Origin: Clostridiales bacterium
GTDB taxonomy: Bacteria; Bacillota; Clostridia; Lachnospirales; JAQSXR01
NCBI GenBank assembly: GCA_029256575.1
Contig: JAQSXR010000002.1
Coordinates: 72,272-136,271, forward strand
Length of the DNA stretch: 64,000 nt
Reading direction: 5' to 3'
The position numbers and the translations under genes are program-made. The notes under the pieces are model-generated. The model ran no database searches. It was not told the DNA's origin and saw only the letters and a program-made list of their open reading frames with translations. Each line of letters opens with the position of its first letter. The first letter of the stretch is position 1. Shown one piece after another: positions 59,079 to 64,000 of this stretch.

Positions 59079-59351
59079 TTAATTAAAAATATTTACTTTA
59101 GCTTTCACAAATTTCGCAACTTTAGTAGATGTTCGCTTAATTACTGGATTGATTTTCTCTACACCTTCTGTTGTATAATCTACCGTCTTTAAAATCACCT
59201 TAGCAGTTATATCAAGAACATCTTGTACTTTCTGTTTTACTTCATCACACATATAGTTTTTCCGAATTGCTTTTATTAAACGTTCTGCTTCTACAACATT
59301 AATTTTTTGTTCTCTAAGCATATCTAATATTTTGTCAATTTCTTGGTGCAT
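59079..59351 (-). CDS. Small hypothetical helical protein
   Basis: The ATG follows AAGGAG, and this SD overlaps the thrC stop, suggesting translational coupling. No recognisable motif. Confidence 0.5.
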   Translation of the reverse strand: MHQEIDKILDMLREQKINVVEAERLIKAIRKNYMCDEVKQKVQDVLDITAKVILKTVDYTTEGVEKINPVIKRTSTKVAKFVKAKVNIFN

Positions 59352-59363
59352 AACATCCACTCC

Positions 59364-60851
59364 TTAGACATTTAATATTTTCTCAACGGCCTTTTTCATT
59401 TCGTTTGTTTCAACTACAGTATCATGAATAACTTTAGCATCTAATATTTCTTTAATCGCATTTGGTATTTCTACTTCCGATATTTTATTTAGATCATTAA
59501 TTAAATCAAAGTCTTCTTTAGATGCATATTGATCATCTATTGCAGTCATTACACTTCTAGCAAATTTGTACGGACTAGCTGTTGAAGCTATAACTGATTT
59601 CGTATTATCCTTTGTTTTGGATATATATTTAAAGTATACACTAGCAGCAACGGCTGTATGCGTGTCCATTACATAATTAGTTTCATTATAAGTTTTTTTA
59701 ATAACTTCTGAGATTTCATCTTCATTTGCATAATAGCCAACAAAATCTTCTAATAAGACTTTCATCTCTTCTGTTATTTCATATTTTCCATTACTTGATA
59801 ATGAATTCATTAATTCACTCGTTTTTTGTTCTGACTGACCAGTTAAGATATAAATTAGTCTTTCTAAATTGCTTGAAATAAGAATATCCATAGATGGTGA
59901 ACTTGTCAAAATGAATTCTCTATTTCTATCATAAATTCCAGTATTGAAGAAGTCTACCAACACTTTATTTTCATTTGAAGCACATACTAATTTATTAATA
60001 GGAATGCCCATACATTTAGCATAATATGCGGCTAAAATATTACCAAAGTTACCTGTTGGAACAATGACGTTAATCTTTTCACCGTTAGTAATCTCTTTGT
60101 TTTTAAGAAGTGAAGCATACGTATAAACATAATATACTATTTGTGGTACTAATCTACCAATATTAATAGAGTTGGCTGATGAGAATTGATATCCAGCTAA
60201 ACTCATTTTTTCTTTTAATTCTTTATCACCAAAAATGTTCTTAACGCCTGTTTGCGCATCATCAAAGTTCCCTTTGATACCTATAACTTTTGCATTATCA
60301 CCCTTTTGCGTTACCATCTGGAGTTCTTGTACTAAGCTCACTCCATCTTTTGGATAAAATACAATTATGCTAGTTCCTTCAACATCAGCAAATCCAGCTA
60401 GTGCGGCTTTCCCAGTGTCACCAGAAGTTGCGGTAAGAATTACTATTTCATTTTTAATGTTATTTTTCTTTGCTGAAGTTGTAAGTAAATGTGGCAATAT
60501 TGATAAAGCCATATCTTTAAATGCTATTGTAGAACCATGGAACAATTCCAAAAAGTATACATCATCTACTTTAACTAATGGTGCAATAATATTTGTATCA
60601 AACTTTTCATCATAAGCTTTTTCAATGCAATCTAATATTTCTTCTTTTGAAAAATCAGTTAAAAATAACTTCATTACTTCATATGCTATTTGTTTGTAAT
60701 CCATATTACTTAATTCTTCGATAGACTTATCAAGCATAGGAATATGTTCTGGTGCAAATAAACCACCGTCCTCAGCTAAACCTTGTAATATAGCTTGTGA
60801 TGCTGTTACCTTATTACCATCGCCTCTAGTACTCTTATAAAAAAGCTCCAT
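59364..60851 (-). CDS. thrC: Threonine synthase (long form)
   Basis: PLP-lysine region HGSTIAFKDMA plus the TSGDTG motif. 495 aa. Confidence 0.9.
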   Translation of the reverse strand: MELFYKSTRGDGNKVTASQAILQGLAEDGGLFAPEHIPMLDKSIEELSNMDYKQIAYEVMKLFLTDFSKEEILDCIEKAYDEKFDTNIIAPLVKVDDVYFLELFHGSTIAFKDMALSILPHLLTTSAKKNNIKNEIVILTATSGDTGKAALAGFADVEGTSIIVFYPKDGVSLVQELQMVTQKGDNAKVIGIKGNFDDAQTGVKNIFGDKELKEKMSLAGYQFSSANSINIGRLVPQIVYYVYTYASLLKNKEITNGEKINVIVPTGNFGNILAAYYAKCMGIPINKLVCASNENKVLVDFFNTGIYDRNREFILTSSPSMDILISSNLERLIYILTGQSEQKTSELMNSLSSNGKYEITEEMKVLLEDFVGYYANEDEISEVIKKTYNETNYVMDTHTAVAASVYFKYISKTKDNTKSVIASTASPYKFARSVMTAIDDQYASKEDFDLINDLNKISEVEIPNAIKEILDAKVIHDTVVETNEMKKAVEKILNV

Positions 60852-60970
60852 TTAGTTTCCTTCTTTCATCTATATTAACGTTCACATTAATTCCGTTATA
60901 TGGTTACAAATTATAACATAGTTATACCTATATCGCAAACAAATTTTGATAGTGAATCGTATAATTATAG

Positions 60971-61016
60971 GTACAAAAAAGTTAAAAGTAATCTAATTCT
61001 ACAATTACTTTTAACT
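60971..61016 (-). terminator. Intrinsic terminator after the SleB-like gene
   Basis: agttaaaagtaat ... attacttttaact forms a 13-bp stem. A U6 tract follows on the minus strand. Confidence 0.8.
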
Positions 61017-61091
61017 CTTTTCTTATATCATTTGTAAATATAAAATACTAAATTAAAGTAATGATTTTAACAATATTACCTATACTATTAA

Positions 61092-61922
61092 CTAATTGTA
61101 GTTAAAAAATTCATGTACTCCATACTCAAATAAGTAATTTAACTTGGTATCAAACCACTTCATGCTATTTGGATTAGCCATTGATCTTGCTGCAAAGAAA
61201 AGTGCTCCATCTGAATAGTCAATTCCATCTAAAGCTAATTCTACTGCTTTTCTAGTAATTTCTGATACTTCAACTGTATAAAATCTTCCATCCGATAAGG
61301 GCGAGAATTGATACTTGCCATTATTTTCTTGATAAATTACCTCGTATACTGTATCAGGAAATCCTGACCATCTTACCCTGTTAAAAACAACATTGGCTAT
61401 TAATATTCTACCTTTTAAATCTTCACTTGTTGCTTCTGCTTCTACAATTCTTAGAAGTGCGTTATAATCTTCCTCAGTAACCTCAAAATCTAGTTTATTA
61501 ATTGCAAGGCCTAAGGGTAAAGAATATACCTCTTCTGTAGAATTATCGAGTGTTGTTACACTACCTTGAGATGTTGAATTTCCCATTTCACGCGGGATAA
61601 TTACTTCATCTTCTTTTATAAATTCTACTAACGACTGGTCAAAGATTTTCCCAGAGTTATTTAAGTTTGCAGTTAATGTACTAAAGTATTGGTCTACCTC
61701 TGCATCATCGTCCTCATCTTCGCCAGCTGTATAAACTTGAACATTATTAGCATCCATTCTTATATTGTTCTTTCCAGAACCTCCAAAATCAGTTCTAGTC
61801 ATTGCAATAACTGCAATTATAACGGAACCAGCAGTAATGATAGCACATGTAGCATATGCTTTCTTACTTACTTTTCTAAAACATCCCATACATCCTTTAA
61901 GAAGGTTTTGTATTTTTTGCAT
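61092..61922 (-). CDS. Membrane-anchored cell wall hydrolase, SleB/CwlJ (Hydrolase_2) family
   Basis: C-terminal LLRIVEAEATSEDLKGRILIANVVFNRV...YQFS pattern. The start is moved to MQKIQN, which follows AAGAGGT. Confidence 0.8.
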   Translation of the reverse strand: MQKIQNLLKGCMGCFRKVSKKAYATCAIITAGSVIIAVIAMTRTDFGGSGKNNIRMDANNVQVYTAGEDEDDDAEVDQYFSTLTANLNNSGKIFDQSLVEFIKEDEVIIPREMGNSTSQGSVTTLDNSTEEVYSLPLGLAINKLDFEVTEEDYNALLRIVEAEATSEDLKGRILIANVVFNRVRWSGFPDTVYEVIYQENNGKYQFSPLSDGRFYTVEVSEITRKAVELALDGIDYSDGALFFAARSMANPNSMKWFDTKLNYLFEYGVHEFFNYN

Positions 61923-62325
61923 TAGTTTTACCTCTTTTCTAGTTTTTTGTAACACTACGGATTATATATGTATTATTTTGGTATGTCAATTAGTATTGCC
62001 AATTTTCGGTACTTTATACACCCCTCGGAAATCCTAAATTCATTTCAAGATGAAAAATGTACATAATTTAGATTAAAAATATGATTTTTTTTATATAGTA
62101 TTACATAAATATTTTTACCTACATGTTAATATTTAACATATTTATTTTTAGTGATATTGCATAATCTTGAATTGATTTGCTCTTTTAAAGAGTATATTAT
62201 TCAAAATTCAGGTTATAAATATCCGATTTTCTTGATCAAATATCCCTATTTTCAAATACTAATTTAGATGATATACTGATTTAAGATGAAGTAAAGGCGT
62301 ATCTACGAGAGAAACGGAGGCAAAT

Positions 62326-63138
62326 ATGAGCAAACTTATCGGTGTATATATAGCAGAAAAATTAGACGGCAAACGATATTTCAGGGCTTCCATCACACAC
62401 AAATCCAAGCATATTAGTCTAGGCAGTTTCGAACTACAATCCGCTGCGCATAAGGCTTATTTGGAAGCTGATGCCATATTAAATGGCAACCAATATAACA
62501 TTAAAGACTACTCTTCCATATTAAAATTATCATTTGAAAAATGGATTGTTTTACATAATTATAGAGACAATGGAATTTATATTAAAAATCCTATCTATTT
62601 AAGATCACGATATTTTACATATTATTTAGATTTTGATACTGAATTAACCTTTGATGTTGACGATTTATTTTACTATTCAACTCATAAAATCATGCGAAGA
62701 GATGGATATTTTTTTGTTAATGACTATGGAATGCAAATTAATATTCGCTCACGATATGGCATTCGAAATTTCTCAGTAGTTGGGCGAGATTATTTATTTA
62801 TTGACAATAACCCTCATAATTTTAGATATGATAATATCAAGATAATTAATCAGTATCTTGGTGTACAAAAAGGGATGTATGAGAATGTGACCAAATACAC
62901 TGCAAAAATTCATATCAACGGTGATTATGTAATAGGTAGATATAAAACGGAAGATCTCGCAGCGATTGCATATAATAAGGCTGTTGATACTCTTCTAGCA
63001 AATGGCATCAATAAAAATTACACTAAAAATTACTTAGAAAATCTAAACTCTGAACAATATCTAGAACTCTATAACCGAATACGTATTTCTCGAAAAATAC
63101 GTGATTTCAATAATAATGCGCCTAAAAGTCTGAAGTAA
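62326..63138 (+). CDS. Protein with two AP2/ERF-like DNA-binding domains
   Basis: N-terminal GVYIAEKLDGKRYFRASITHKSKHISLGSFELQSAAHKAY and C-terminal GVQKGMYENVTKYTAKIHINGDYVIGRYKTEDLAAIAYNKA both fit the AP2 pattern G(V)..(K/R).(W/Y).A.I....(K)...LG.F.T.E.AA.AY. SD GGAGG is present. Confidence 0.6.
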   Translation: MSKLIGVYIAEKLDGKRYFRASITHKSKHISLGSFELQSAAHKAYLEADAILNGNQYNIKDYSSILKLSFEKWIVLHNYRDNGIYIKNPIYLRSRYFTYYLDFDTELTFDVDDLFYYSTHKIMRRDGYFFVNDYGMQINIRSRYGIRNFSVVGRDYLFIDNNPHNFRYDNIKIINQYLGVQKGMYENVTKYTAKIHINGDYVIGRYKTEDLAAIAYNKAVDTLLANGINKNYTKNYLENLNSEQYLELYNRIRISRKIRDFNNNAPKSLK

Positions 63139-63161
63139 CTATGACTTTTGGCGCATTATAT

Positions 63162-64000
63162 CTAAACTATATTTCTTTCTTTTCCTTCAATATATGCTTC
63201 AATATTTTGACATACTTCTTCTATTAATCTATTTCTTGCCTCTACACTTGCCCATGCGATATGTGGTGTAATAAGTAACTTTGTACTATCTTTTATCTCT
63301 AGCAATGGATTTCCTTCATTTATAGGCTCATACTCCAATACATCAATCCCTGCCCCTGCTATTAAGTCTTCACTCAATGCTCTAGCTAAATCAGCTTCAT
63401 TTATTATTTTCCCTCGACCTACATTAATTATAATAGCCGATTTTTTCATTTTTGATAGTTCATTATATCCGATTAAATTAGTTGTACTTTCGTCTAACGG
63501 TGCATGTATTGATATGATATCCGATGTACGCAATAATTCTTCTAGATTTAATCTTTCATATTCTGAATTGTTATTTCTACCGGAGGTAGAATAATACACA
63601 ACATTACAATTAAATGCAGAAGCAATACTAGCTACTCTCTTTCCGATTGCACCTAGTCCTATAATTCCCCAAGTTTTATTATTAATTTCAGAATATTTAC
63701 GTTCAAAATGAGTAAACATTTTATCCCCTGTATATGCTCCGGACTTTACATAGTTATCATAATAGGATAATTTCTCGAATAAATAAAATAATAATGCAAA
63801 TGTATGTTGGGCAACACTTTCTGAAGAATACCCTTTCACATTCGCTACCCCAATCTTTCGTGATTTTGTATACTCTTTATCTACGTTATTCGTACCAGTA
63901 GCTGTAAGGCAAATTAATTTTACATTATGTGCATCCTTGAGATTACTTTCATTTAATACAATTTTATTCGTTATTATTATATCAACATCCTTGATTCTCT
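63162..64000 (-). CDS. D-isomer-specific 2-hydroxyacid dehydrogenase (5'-truncated by the window edge)
   Basis: NAD-binding GIIGLGAIGKRV and catalytic-region PHIAWAS. The reading frame stays open upstream of the track start to the window end. Confidence 0.85.
   Translation of the reverse strand, partial: RIKDVDIIITNKIVLNESNLKDAHNVKLICLTATGTNNVDKEYTKSRKIGVANVKGYSSESVAQHTFALLFYLFEKLSYYDNYVKSGAYTGDKMFTHFERKYSEINNKTWGIIGLGAIGKRVASIASAFNCNVVYYSTSGRNNNSEYERLNLEELLRTSDIISIHAPLDESTTNLIGYNELSKMKKSAIIINVGRGKIINEADLARALSEDLIAGAGIDVLEYEPINEGNPLLEIKDSTKLLITPHIAWASVEARNRLIEEVCQNIEAYIEGKERNIV

Overview
AT-rich (about 30% GC) Firmicutes/Clostridia-type chromosomal window. It is densely coding, about 90% of genes are on the minus strand, and there are no rRNA/tRNA genes, transposases, integrases or CRISPR arrays. 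All family assignments come from motif recognition by eye; no searches were run.

Recognisable content, in window order:
- A nine-gene LacI-headed sugar-acid catabolic operon (eda, kdgK, hxlA/hxlB-like, an IT-type permease, a hydantoinase-like protein and an HExxH protein).
- A two-component system plus an FtsX-type ABC module, then a YibE/F membrane protein.
- A 2285-aa S-layer-anchored protein with lamin-tail, OB-fold and PHP domains, plus a smaller SLH paralogue.
- A sporulation-flavoured islet: a Cys/Gly-rich YjcZ-like mini-protein and three N/Q-rich low-complexity proteins.
- An EF-G paralogue, then aroF-tyrA and a GNAT acetyltransferase.
- A five-gene operon: SpoIID-like, two HD-GYP sensors, a GH36-like protein and queA.
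- pheST with a T-box leader, a YihY-like protein, a DUF2318-like protein and a second SpoIID-like gene.
- A PFK-family gene, thrC, a SleB-like hydrolase, a double-AP2-domain protein and a partial 2-hydroxyacid dehydrogenase.

Best candidates for something undescribed:
1. An orphan Card1/Can2-like CARF-nuclease gene, tightly linked with a tubby/LURP1-like gene and a NUDIX gene (1874-4120), with no cas genes or cyclase in the window.
2. A promoter-to-terminator GC-rich leader RNA of about 250 nt with no class I can assign, upstream of the 817-aa SpoIID-like gene (57272-57566).
3. The Cys/Gly mini-protein with an internal tandem duplication, plus its neighbouring triad of low-complexity paralogues (31679-33846).
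4. A 14-bp tandem-repeat array followed by a 150-bp imperfect palindrome in one intergenic region (39333-39690).
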